This document shows, piece by piece, positions 24,881-36,899 of a stretch of DNA of 64,000 bases. The notes under the pieces were generated by a model. The model had not been told where the DNA came from. It made no database searches and saw only the letters and a program-made list of their open reading frames with translations. Each line of letters starts with the position of its first letter. Within the stretch, counting starts at the first letter, position 1. The position numbers and the translations under genes were made by a program. The stretch comes from Felis catus. Lineage: Eukaryota. The stretch is from the NCBI RefSeq assembly GCF_018350175.1, contig NC_058382.1:53880001-53944000 (forward strand), in the 5' to 3' direction.

Positions 24881-26489
24881 AAACGAAGCCAAAGAAAGAC
24901 AACGAAGACCAGCACTCCAGGGAAAGAAACACTGTCCCATTAGGGTTCACAATGGCCTAGGGATATTTACTAACGCCTATTCCATGCCAAACCCTGAACT
25001 AAACCCTGGAAGGTGGCCTGTCCTCCAGAACTCACTGCCCGGAATGAGGAGTATGGAGACACGGCAAAGCGGCGTGATGGGTGCCAACAACGTAGAACAG
25101 AGCAGTTAGCTGTTTAGACACAGACCTAGGATCAGAAAAAGGTTCTCGGAGGCTGTTGCCTCTGAAATGGCCAGCAGAGAGGGAGCACAGGTTCCTCGGG
25201 ACCGTGTAGAAAAACGCCTTCGACATGGTGCACAGAGTCAGAACGTTAGAATGGCAGATCGTGAAAATAAAGAGGGTCTCTGAGTTTACAGCCCTATCGC
25301 AGCATGTTGGTGGAAACTTAGGGTTATTTGGTTTTTTTTTTTATTGTGGCCGAGGGCTAATTTTCATTGCCACAGACCAGCTGTGCATTTCTAAACCAAT
25401 GTGTATCAACAGCTCCTTAAATTAAAAAAAAAAAAATGTAAATGCTGTGATTAAAAGAAAAAGAAACTCTCAATTCCTACCAGGAAAGAATATGCAAATT
25501 GGATAACTGAATCCCTGTCTCGATGCAATAGGGAAGAAACTCAGCACTATGTCCCTCACTGGCTCCTGGTGGCCAACAGGAAGCACTAAGTCTGACTGGA
25601 TATGACAGAGGACCTCAGATTTGCAGCCACAACACCCTGTCACGTTGTGTGGCGAGAATCAAGTTCAAGAACTCCTCCGTGGCTGGAAAGAGTTTGTTTT
25701 AACCAAAGAAGCTAGGGGTCGATGGCCTCTCAAATGAAACAGATAAGGCAAACAGAGGGTTCTTGTCAGAAACAAATGTTATGTCTCTCCCTCCCGAAAA
25801 GCTTACAGATAATATCAGTAGGAGTCTAGTTGGGCCTAAAACGAGTCCCTGAGAAGTAATATTAACCAGACGCTTGGCAGATCGTTTATTTATCTCCCCC
25901 TAAATTCAATAAAGAGACCCATATATAAATAAGGGAAAATAATGCGACTGTTAGTAATTTATCACTGGATAGAAAGCCATTGTTGTCCTTATCTCTGCAA
26001 TGATGTTCTATTTCCACTGGTAATGAATTACAGGGTTGCCACATCCTTCCCCTGTGACAGTGGAGACAAGCTAGGTGCTACAGCTCAGACCCTGTGCTCC
26101 AGAGACCCAGTGGCAGCCATCTTGGGCCCAGCCCTCTGCCTGTGGGTTCCTATGTGAGCAGTCCTAGGTCAAGAACTAGAATGCTCCACCCACTCTACTT
26201 AGGAAAAAAGACATTATTTCTTTAAAAAACAAACAAAACATTTATTCTTATCTTTTAGGTGCCTCTGAGGAAGACATGGTTAAGGACTCATAAATGAGGC
26301 AGCGTTTTATTCATTATATCCACAGTTCCTAGCTTCCTTTTGGCCATACTAAAAGAATATGTTCAACTTGGCTTCAGAGAAATGAGTGATATAACAAAAT
26401 TTGGAATTCATGAGAGCTGAGGGTCTAGGAATCAAAACGATGGTTTGTTGGAACAAGGTGTTAATTTTATTGATGATGCTAACAATGAT

Positions 26490-26705
26490 GATGATAGGTA
26501 GTATTTACTGCATACTCATCATATTCCAGGCATTATTTCAAGCACTTTATATAGATTATTTCATTTAGTTCTTCCTACAAACTTATGCGTGGGTATTATA
26601 TTTAATTTTTATTTTACAAAGGAGGAAACTAAATATCTTGCCCTCTGTCACAGAGCTAGTTAGCTGTGAAGGAGGACTTGAATCCAGGGCTCTGACTCTA
26701 TCATC
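26490..26705 (-). mobile_element. MIR SINE
   Basis: attttacaaaggaggaaact...tgtcacagagctagtt...ggacttgaatccagggctctgactc. Confidence 0.75.
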
Positions 26706-27339
26706 CTTCCTGGTGGCTGAGTTGGACAAACCTAAGATATACCTTCTGGTTGATGTGCATGAAGAGGAAGTGAGGCCGAAATCACTATTTGGTATCTTAA
26801 AGGGTAAAGTCAAGCGTATGGACTTCTTAGGGCTACTAGAGTCATTAACATTTTCAAGAGTGAAGGTGACATGGCCAAGCTTGAATTTTAGGAATCCTGG
26901 TCTCTGAAAGCACTTCAGGAAATGGACAGGAGTGAGAGTAGGGAGTCCATGAGGTAGGGAGGCAAATAGTCAGGCTACCAAGTAGTTGAGATAGGAGAGG
27001 ATGAGGACTTCAAAGAAGGTAATGGCCATGAAGGTGGACAGAAGCACATATTCCCAAGGACAAACTGGTGGGATGTTCTGTCCCTAAGCATGAATTGTCT
27101 GTGTTACAAGGCTACCCTCTGGGTCCCCTATCTTAGTAGCATCATTCATTAGCCTCTTAAGAAAGTATACTGTATGTTTTGTTGTTAAGTATACTCAAGA
27201 AAGTATACTGGATGTATGCTGGATGTTTTGTTGGGACATTCGGATCCTTTCTCAAACCTTTCTGACATTCCTAGGGAAGGGACAGGCCATCTTGAAGCTT
27301 TAGAATCACAAATGGAATACCCACCAATTAAGCCACAAT

Positions 27340-27803
27340 GCTTAGTATCTATGCTGGGAGTTGTCCTGCCCCATGCATTCTACCCATCTGGCAATAGGAG
27401 TGGGCCCCTGGCTAAAAGGAACTATAAGACACATGGTATGTGACCCAAAAAGGACTAAAGTCTCTTTCCTGGAAAATACAGAACAGATACAAAGAAATCT
27501 CAGCTTGGGTCTGTCTAGTCTTGAGAGTGGACGTGTGGGTTGGCATTTTCAGTCATGCGTGCTAGAAAAGAAAGACTACAGCAAGGAAGAGGGGAAGACT
27601 ACATACATAGAGAGAAGCAAGGACAAGACCTGGGAGAGTCCTGATGACATGTTTGGATTTAAACCCAAGACCAACAGTGGCTCCTTCCCTGACCTTGAAG
27701 ATCATGTTCTACCCCAAAGCCTTATAATACAAACTTTTCCCTCCCGAGTTCATCTAGGTAAAGCCGATTCCAGTTGCTTGGAACCAAAAGACTCCTAACT
27801 AAG
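27340..27803 (+). mobile_element. Old MaLR LTR (MLT1K/L-like) remnant
   Basis: 3' end ccagttgcttggaaccaaaagactcctaactaaga; body highly diverged. Confidence 0.5.
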
Positions 27804-29587
27804 AAGACCCCAGTGTGTCTAACTTGTTCTACAGCACCAGTGAGATGTTCATGATTTCCTTTTACCCGGGTTCTTCCTTGGGTCTCGTGAATTAACCACC
27901 TTCTTGGAAAGGGAATGAAGGAAATAATAAACAATGCCCTCTGAGGCAGTATTCTATCCTGTGAGCAAAGTTCAAGCGACTGCTCAATTACTAAGTATCT
28001 CCTACATTCAGGAATGGTACTAGATATAAACACAAGGTCTGAGTTACATGCATGATGGGCTTTACGAAGGATAATAGGAAAGTACAAGAGGGTTATTTGT
28101 GTTTTTGTGGACTAATCTATGAACATGCATCCTTCTCAGTGAAAGTTATGACTGCATAAGTCCTCACCATCAAAGAAAAGTCTTTTTGCCCTCTCTCTGG
28201 GCCATGCCATTGTAGCTGTGCATACTGAATACTGCTGGCTGAACTGATGACCCTCTTCACATCAGACAAGTAGAATCTAGCACTTCTCAGGGACCCTAAG
28301 GCTGCCAGGATGCAGCACACCCTACCTTCAATGGCATTTTCTTCATCCCCCTGCCCAGAGTGCAGAGAATATAACTCTTACTCATCATTGAGCTACAAAC
28401 CATCTTCCCTATACCTCTCTGAGTCGTGGGAGCTGTAACTCAATTTTGCTTTGATTTTTTGGATATCCACTCAGTCTTTTTTCTTTGTAGAGAGGCCACT
28501 CAGAGACAATGTACCTGCTCATAATTCCTCCTTCGGAGCCAGCAAAGTTGCCATTACACAGATATAAATAAGGAATACTCTATAAATAGCTTCCCCCCCA
28601 GCCTGGGCAATGAAGCCGACAGAGAACACTCGGCTTCTGGTTTGATACTGGGCTTTCCCCACAGATGTTACTTGTCTTAATGTTTCAACACCACATGATT
28701 TCGAGAGACTGTGTCACAGACCCCATGAAAATAATAACGAAGAACAAAGTGTGATTTATCCTGACCCAGAGTTGAGGACATGAGAAATGTTCATAATTCA
28801 GCTGTCACTTGGGCTAAGTAGAACGACCTTGGTGTTGCTCTGGGTTCCAAGAAGCATGTGCTCCGGCATCTAATTGACATTGGGAATACAGAGAATATGG
28901 CCTTGAATAGTGGAGGCATCTCTGTGACTCAGACAGCCCCCTCTGAAGCCCTCAGCACTTTTCCCTCTATCCCGTAGTCAGAGTGGGGTGCTATTTAACA
29001 TCCGAAGATGGTCCTTCTTCAGAAAGAGTACTGGAGCTAACATCTCGAGTACTTACTATACGTTCTGCCACTGTGCTAAGCGTCTTATATAGATTATGGT
29101 GCAACAACCTTCTGGGTTAATTCAGGATTTTGCATATGAAGGAACTAAAGCACTGAGAGATTAAATACAACTTGCTCCATTATTCAGGGAGTGTGTGTGA
29201 CTTCAATCCAAAAGGCCTGATTCCACAACCTGTACCCTAACCACTACTTCCTCATATGTCGCACACCAGCCTGCAGATGACCACCTTTGTGCCTGGATAA
29301 AAGAGATGAGGGAAGGGAACAGATGTGTGAGTACCTATGATGTGACAGACACTATGCTATGTGCTGGCCACGCTATACACATGATTTTGCCTAACTGGTA
29401 AAATGACCCTGTGAAACTCTGAGCTTGAGTGGCTTGCTCATGCTGCTACAAGAGGAGCTCGTACTTAAACCCACTTCTGCCTGGCTCCAAAGCTGGGGCT
29501 CTTGGTGCTATGCAGCAAGGTCGTCCCATTCTTTTCAAACAATTAATTCCCTATGAGATGCATCCTTTAAGGGAAGAGAAAATGGGT

Positions 29588-29697
29588 GGAAAGGAAAGGA
29601 AAGGAAAGGAAAGGAAAGGAAAGGAAAGGAAAGGAAAGGAAAGAAAAGAAAAGAAAAGAAAAGAAAAGAAAAGAAAAGAAAAGAAAAGAAAAGAAGA
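29588..29697. repeat. Compound (GGAAA)n(GAAAA)n microsatellite
   Basis: 110 nt of pure purine, directly visible. Confidence 0.97.
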
Positions 29698-29814
29698 CAA
29701 AACTGTGACACTTATCTGAAAGGTTACGAAATCTGAAATAACTTGGGACAGATAAATTTAACCCTGGGGACTCCCCATACCTGTATCCCCACCACACTAA
29801 AGCGAGTCTTGGCC

Positions 29815-30780
29815 TACCTCCAAGTCCTGAAGATATTCTCCGATGTTTTATTCTAGAAAGGTTTAGATTTAACCTTTAAGTCTAAGACCCATCTCAAATC
29901 AATTTTTAAGCATGGCGTGAGGTAGGGGTCAAGAGTTACTTTTTTCTATATGCTTATCTGGATGTTCCATGAAAACCAACTGAATATATGTGAATCTGTT
30001 TTGGTACATATTTTTGTTCTGTTGAACCAGTTGTCTACCCAATGCCACAAAGTCTAGAAAAAAATAAAGGGACCCAGCATCTTCTAGTAAAAGAATTGCC
30101 TACTATTCAGAGCTAATATTGCCCATGTTTTGGTCTATTTTCTTTTGTGTGTTCACACACACATTTTTAACATAATTCTTATGATACTGTATATATAAAT
30201 GTTTATCTTGCTCTTTTTTTTTTAACTTAACATTGTAAGACACCAACTTTCCATGTCATTAAATATCTTTTGAAAACATTATTTTTTTATGGCTGCATAT
30301 GTTCCATCATTTCTATTTAACGTAATTTATTTAACCATTTTGGCATGCATTCCATTCCCACATTTTTGCTATTTATAAATAATGTTGCAATGAACATACT
30401 TGTGTATAAATATTCATATGCATTTCTGACTTTTCCCCAAGAAGAAAAATGGCTGTGTCAAAGGGCATGACCTTTGCTCAGGCTCTCTCTACATCCTGCC
30501 AAATTACTTTCCATATCAATTGTATAACTTAAACTCCCTCCAGCACTTTATAGGAGTGCTTATTTTTCTGCATTCTTGCCAAACCTATTACCACCTTTAA
30601 ATCTTTGCTAATTCTATAGCTAACATGGCTTTGTTCATAGCTTAATTTGCTTGAACTTACTTTCCAGGGAAACTGAATATTTTTGCATATTTAGCCATTT
30701 GCACAGCTTCTTCTGTGTCTTGTCTTGCTTGCACCTTTAGCCCAAGGTACGGCTATTAAGAGTTTAGTGATTTTTTTTTT
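29815..30780 (-). mobile_element. Old L1 (L1M-type) fragments
   Basis: tttaagtctaagacccatctcaaatcaattttt...ggcgtgaggtaggggtc; later ttatggctgcatat...aataatgttgcaatgaacatacttgtgtata. Confidence 0.7.
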
Positions 30781-31065
30781 CTTAATGATCCCTATGTTCA
30801 AGACCTCTTAGGAATGCATTTTTAAAAACCCCGTGTCAGATAAAGAGTTCTGATATTTCTTCAGGAAGTTTTAGATACCCATCTATAATGTTCCTCTTCG
30901 CAGGGAGCTCACGGTGAAACAGGACAGCAGACACTGCCTGCAAAAAACTGCAGTGCCCACAAAAAACAAGGGAATTCAGATGAACTGCTCTGGATATTCC
31001 GATAAGGGAGAGGACATTGCCAGCAGTCCCAGCTTTGTAGCTGGGACTCGATGTAGGCATTGCGA

Positions 31066-31218
31066 CAGAGGGTCTCAAATTGGAAGGCCCATCAGAGTCA
31101 CTTGGAGAGCTTGTCAACACAGAGGCTGGGGGTCCAAGGTGGGGCCGGAAAAATCTGTGTTTCTGACATGCTCCCCATGAACTCAGCGCTCTGGCCCTAC
31201 ACGGGCAGAAACCACTGA
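31066..31218. mobile_element. MER5A-type MITE
   Basis: cagagggtctcaaattg...catcagagtcacttggagagcttgt...aatctgtgtttctgaca...aaaccactg. Confidence 0.8.
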
Positions 31219-31780
31219 ACTAGGAGAAGTTTGGGAAGAAAGAGAAAACAGTTCCAAGTGAGAAAATCATCTGAGCAAAAGCTTGAATCTCTTCACTTAG
31301 GAGTCCAGTCTCATTGACTCTCAGGATAACCAAGAAACAAAAATGGCAATTGGGGATTTTTCTCTATGTTCCCGTATTAAAAGAATTCACAGAGAGAGCT
31401 GTGGATTCCTCGGACTTGTATCACGCATTGTATTTTACCCCAGGCTTATATACAACATACTTCTAACTACAACGAAAGGGAGGAAGCAAGTCCCATCCTC
31501 AGTCATTCTGGCCCACACTCAAATTCACTCTGTACTAACACGTTTTCATCTATCCGCGCTTTCGTCTTCACTTAAATTTCTTTTAAAAATCACCTTTTAT
31601 TTTTAAATGACCTACTGTGAATACACAACTGGAGTTATTTCTCCTAAGTTACAAGGCATGTGTAAACATAAATATTGTGAGAACAAAACCTTGTTATTAA
31701 ACTTTAATTAGACGTCATTGCCAAGCATAGTTCTCAAGCCTGAAGTCTGCGAATGTTGGTTAAAAAGGGGCCATCAGTAG

Positions 31781-31995
31781 GAAAGCCTGAGTGGCTCAGT
31801 CAGTTAAGCATCTGACTTGGGCTCCTATCATGATCTCATGGTTTGTGGGTTCAAAGTCCCGGGTCGGGCTCTGTGCTGACAGCCCAGAGCCTGGAGCCTG
31901 CCTTGGATTCTGTGTCTCCCTCTCTCTTCCCCCTCCTCACTCACCCTCTGTCTCCCAAAAATAAACAAACGTTAAAGACAATTTTTTTTTAAAAG
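31781..31995 (+). mobile_element. Can-SINE
   Basis: gcctgagtggctcagtcagttaagc head; TSD aaaaggggcc(a/g)t(c/t)agtag at 31763-31780 and 31996-32013. Confidence 0.95.
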
Positions 31996-32029
31996 AAAAG
32001 GGGCCGTTAGTAGAAATCAAAAAGAGCCG

Positions 32030-32199
32030 GGAGTACCCGAGAAAATACAAGATATCCAGATGTCAGATAAACACATTCTTTGTGTAAGTATGGCTTATGC
32101 AGTATTGGGGACATACTTATACTAAAAATATATTTGTTGCTTATCTGAAAAATTTAACTGGGTGTCTTATATTTTTATTTGCTAAAATTGGCAAGCCTA
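32030..32199. mobile_element. MER53 palindromic MITE
   Basis: cagataaac...taagtatg...ggacatacttatactaaaa...ttatctgaaa...tttaactgggtgtc...tttttatttgctaaaattggcaagccta. Confidence 0.9.
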
Positions 32200-34704
32200 G
32201 AAAGGGACTGACAATTTACACCAGCATCACGCTGACCTTTTCTCTGAGACACCTTCAGAAATACTGAAAGAAAACTGAAAAGGAAATAATTATCTTACAA
32301 TGTGTGATAACATTATTTAATGCCTTGTCTACTAGGGACCAGCTGAACCAGAGGTACCAAAGTGGAAAGGTCCCTCCGGGAACAGAAGTCCCTGACTTTG
32401 TAAAATGCTGCCTTAAAGCATGGATTGAAAAGAGAATGAGAAGACAGATCTTCGACCATCTTGGGCTCCCTGTAGCTAAGACCCGCATCTGTGCTTTTGA
32501 AGGAATCGGCTGACCTAACATTTGCATATAGGAGCAGAGGATCTATATCCTTGTGAGGGCCACAAAGGGGGCTTCGGGCAAGAAGAAAATGGTGGGTTAA
32601 TGGGCAAGCCCATGAGCAATCAGCCTGACTAATGGGGAAAGTTTACACACGAATGGCTGGGCTTTCCAACCAGCTTTCTTTAAGAAAACCATCAAATCCC
32701 TAGACCTCAATTGAAGTTAATAAAAAATGCTGAAGTGTTTCTGCTTGCCTGCAAAATATATTCCTTTCTGGGTTAAAACTAACTCCTGATAATTTCAATG
32801 CCTGCTAACAAATACTTTCTCGGAAATGATACACAACCTGAGAGATTCATAAGACTGTATTCCATTGACGTCGTATGTTGTCAGGTCTGAGTGTGGTGCC
32901 TCTCTAAGGAGAGGCTAAGATTTTCTCTTAGATTTGTGTGTTTCCCCCACACGATGGGACTGAAGGAAAGCATGAGACCTACCAAGCTGGGAGGCAGAAG
33001 TGAAGATCACAAGGTACACCCAGTCTCTACTCACCATGTGGACCCTTCCGAGAGGCAGTAATCTAAACTGGGATCTCTTCACCTCCTCTGCTGGATTATC
33101 CCACCATTCAACCTCCCCTATAGATCTGGGAAGTTGGAGCGGTTCTCACAATCAGGAACCAAACGGTGCAGCTTCGGACACAGACTGCCAGCAACTGCTT
33201 TCAGTTGAAGGCTGAGTGTCACCTTAATGGGACTGGATGGCCTCTGATCGCAGCAAGAACTTAAGAGTAACCGACTAGGTCCCGTTACTACGTATAAACG
33301 ACCACAACAAAAGAAAGGAAGAAAGAAAATGGTTCTGGGTAAGAGCAGGGCAGCCTGCCAGGTGGTTTACGTCAAACAGCATCTGTTGATCCTACATCAT
33401 TCCCACTTTACAGGGGGTAAAACTGAGGCAAAGTAACTCAAGTGACTTACCCATTCTACTGTCTCCAAACCCCACAACACAGTAAGCAGGAGAGACAGAA
33501 AAGAAAAAGCCTTCAACGTGCGGACCTCCCGGCCACCCTCTCCTCACGGCAGAGCCGGAAGGCTCAGGTGAAGGCACCAGGCCGCTTCACTTACTCGGTA
33601 GCTTTTTCTTGCGGCACAATCGCCGAGCAATCTCCTGATTGCAATTCGGCTGCGGGTGCAGCTACTCGAAGGCTAGAAACTGGGCCGGTCGTGCCAACGT
33701 GAACCTCTCCATTTGCAAGGCACTGGCAATCCTGGGGCTGCAAAAAGGAGCCTGGACCTTGAATCACGGTGATTTTACCAAAGCGTTGCCAACGGGTGGC
33801 TGGTGGGCCCGCCCCTCCTCCCCGCTGCCAGCCTTGCCAACATGTGAGAGCGGACTTCCCCGTTCTCTCTCTGTGCAGATCAGAAAGCCCAGGGAGTGGA
33901 TCTGTGGGTGGCAAAGAGCCTTCCTCTGGCAGACCTAACTCCATCTTTGTCCTCGCTGCCGCTCATCCCTAGGAAGGCGGGCGATTTGGACTAGGAGTCT
34001 CCGGGCCCCTCACTGCTTCCTTTCAGACTCTGGAATGTGCCATTCCTGTGGGCCCCAGCAAAGGCCACGAATATTCCCCGTCTTCCTTTATTCAGAAGAG
34101 GTCAGGAACGGCTCTTCCCTTTTCAAACTCAAAGCAAGCGCCCCCAATTTCTATCCATGTGCATTTGGGAAGCAACGAAATCCAGCCGGTTTAACCACTC
34201 AGCATTGCATCGTTTTTTTTTTTTATTTATTCTCTTACTTTAGAAGAGACTTGGAAGCGAATTAAGAATATCAAGCTATAGCTTACATTTATGGAAGGTA
34301 GGATTTGTAGTTCCATTTTTTTCCCTTGTTTTGGCTTGTTTGTATTTTCTGAACTGTCTTCAATCGCCAACTATTGCACTTACAATATTCGAAAGTATTT
34401 TAAAACATAAATAAGAATAAAAAGAAGCCCCAGGCAGCTTCTTGCATTACATCTGGACGACTGCTGACATTCTAGGATCAGAAATTGAAACCAAAATGTC
34501 TACTGAGTCCAGCGGGAGACAAGACAGCCTTCATTCTGACAGCAAAGGGGAGTTTACTCTTGGTCCAAAGGGACTGCTCTGAGATCAAATTGATCCCCAG
34601 CTGGCTCTGCGTGGCGATTGCTGCTGTGTGAGGGCAAGCGAGTCACCTTAAGGTCAGACTAGGTGGTGACAAACAACAGAGTTCCTCTGGGGAGACAAAA
34701 CCAA

Positions 34705-34785
34705 TACATGTCCGTCCCCGCAGTCCAGGGGCCCCGGCCGGACTTACACGACCCTCCCCGCAGCCCAGGGGCCCCGGCCGGACTT
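34705..34785. repeat. Two-copy 40-bp tandem duplication
   Basis: tccccgcag(t/c)ccaggggccccggccggactt at 34715-34745 and 34755-34785. Confidence 0.9.
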
Positions 34786-36374
34786 TTGCTGGGGTCCAGA
34801 CAGCCTCTTCTGGAGGGTCAGGACATTCCTACCTTGTGTCTCTCCCCCCTCTCCCTCCCCCGCTTATCTTTCTCTCCCTCTCCGGCTCCCTTCCTCTCCC
34901 TCCCTCTCCCTTCCTCTCTCCCTCTCTCATTAATGTTTGTGGGATGCCAGCCAGGAAGAGATCCCTGATTGGGTTTAGGGCTTATCACAGGACTAACCTT
35001 GGGGACAGGCAGGCTCCAGGCTTTGAGGGATTTTCCTGTAAATCACCACGATAACAAACTCACAAAAACATCCAGCTTTGGGTTGAAATAATAATAACAA
35101 CACATTTTTCCCCCGCGCTTTGTCGGGAATTTTGCTAGAAGGGCTGTGCACGCGCGTTTATTAAATGTTTCTGACGACTCTTGAGCGAATGCTATAATGG
35201 CCATCTTACAAGAGGGTAGACGAAGTCTTGGGCTGAAGGACTTGCTAGGGTCACAGAGCTAGAGCCCGACAGAGGGGCTCGAAGTCACGGGACTTCGAGC
35301 AGGGAACGCCGATGGCCGGCAGGGAGATGCAGCCTCACTCGCGTGGTTAAGACTTCGGCCCCCGGGGCAGACTGGCCGCCCCGGAATCCCAGCTCTGTGA
35401 CTCTGGGCGAGCGACTGAATCCTGTTCCTCAGTGGAGAACAAGAACACGTACCTCGGAGACTCATTATGTGCCTTTAATAAGTGATCGTATGAAAGGGGT
35501 TTTGTGACGGTGCCTCGTATGCTCCCCGTGCTGGGGTGCTGCGATTATGTTCTTAAGAAAATCACCTTAGCACAATAAACGCGTATTAAGTGCTTACTGA
35601 CGGAAAGGGACATCCCCACGGCTTTTATCTGCAAGAAAGTTAGACCACCATTTTCACAGGCTGGATGTTGATCTGAATTCCATACCAAAAGAGCGTGACT
35701 TTGACAAGCCAACGCAACAGCGCAACAGCGACTCCAGACTGAGATCTCAGTGTCTTACGGTAATCCCTGGCCTCCTTCCCGAGCCTCCAAGGGACGCTCA
35801 GGGGTCCTGCGGGCAGAGGCAGCCGTGACCCGAAGCAGGAGGAAATGCCTGTGTAACCCGGGGGAGGTACAGCCAGGGATTCCGAGTCCGCCCCGGCTTC
35901 CCAAGCAGCCGCTCTCTCCCTCCACCCCGCAGCCAGGGGCAAACTCCAAGAAACTTTACACACAAAAGAGCAATTTACTTAGCCAGTCATTTTCTAGATT
36001 TGCTCAGCAATTATTTCGGCTCTTTGTGTTTAAGTGAGTGTTTTTTCTGTCCCTGTCCAGTGTCTTTCTGCTTCATCAGATAGGGAAGCCTCGGCAGCAT
36101 TTTCCCTCCAGAGAGCTGAGCCCTCACGGCCACAGAGGCTGGGGGACGAGGCGGGCGGAGCAGGGGCAGTGGCTTAGCGAAGCCAGAGTTGCAGGTCCAG
36201 AGGGTTGCTGAGGCTCTCGGGCGGTGACTACAAAATGTGGACCAAGCAGCAGAATCACCTGGATGGCATGCACCCTAGTGAGCGTGGATATTGGGGCCCT
36301 TCTAGACTTTCTGCCCCAGCAGGTTTGGGGTAGGGGCAGTTGGTGTGCTGATAAATTTTGCAACCAGCTTTCTT

Positions 36375-36555
36375 GAAGAAGAAGAAAGATGAGGAAGGGG
36401 GAGGAAGGAGGAGGAGGAAGAAGAGGGAGGAGGGGGAAGAGGGGGAGGAGGAGGGGGAAGAGGGGGAGGAGGAGGGGGAAGAGGGGGAGGAGGAGGGGGA
36501 AGAAGAGGAGGAGGAGGAGGAGGAGAGGAAGAGGAAGAAGAAGAGGAAGAAGAAA
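36375..36555. repeat. Polypurine (GAG/GAA/GGG) tract with a 21-bp subrepeat
   Basis: All A/G except T36390; unit gaggagggggaagagggggag repeated about 3 times. Confidence 0.97.
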
Positions 36556-36899
36556 CCCCTGCTTTGCGGCACTTGCCGATTTCCTGGTGTAAGTATTCTC
36601 ACTTTGGCAAATTTCAGCTTCCCATGTGATGACGTCACTGAGCAAAGCTGCGAACACAAGTGGCCCCTCAGCGCCTGTGAGCTGGTAAGAGCTGGTTCCA
36701 GGACACCATGGGGACAGAGCCAGGAACCTGCATGTTTATTAGGCTCTCCTGGATGATTCTGATGCAGGGGACACGGTACCAGGCTTTTCAGGAGAAGCAG
36801 AAAGAGATGGAAAACCACTACAATTCTGAGCATCGAGCCAACATTAATGCGTTTTGCTTTCTTTGTCTGGAGGCAGCCCTCCAATCTCCAAATAGCCAC

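Larger units (their letters stand above)
31500..32420. mobile_element. Old non-autonomous DNA transposon (hAT-Charlie, MER113-like) hosting two later insertions
   Basis: Segments flanking the SINEC and MER53 resemble 37090-37270 (e.g. actgaaagaaaactgaaaaggaaataat vs actgaaaaagacttgaaaaggaagtgac); family name from recall. Confidence 0.5.
33500..36700. promoter_or_regulatory. CpG-enriched, repeat-poor candidate promoter/enhancer zone
   Basis: Locally frequent CpG (33520-33700, 35110-35160, 35270-35420, 35780-35930, 36125-36225); GC box gggcgg near 36153; NF-kB GGGATTTTCC 35027-35036; CRE TGACGTCA 36630-36637. Confidence 0.4.

Noticed and set aside
25168..25188. CTCF motif (tggccagcagagagggagcac)
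   Set aside because: An extra GA disrupts the core spacing
29429..29797. Lys/Arg/Glu-rich and Phe/Ser-rich ORFs
   Set aside because: Translations of the pentanucleotide microsatellite
36124..36899. Long overlapping ORFs (Glu/Gly-, Arg/Gly-, Ser/Pro- and Leu/Pro-rich; up to 214 aa)
   Set aside because: Open on both strands only because the purine repeat lacks stop codons; no recognisable domain
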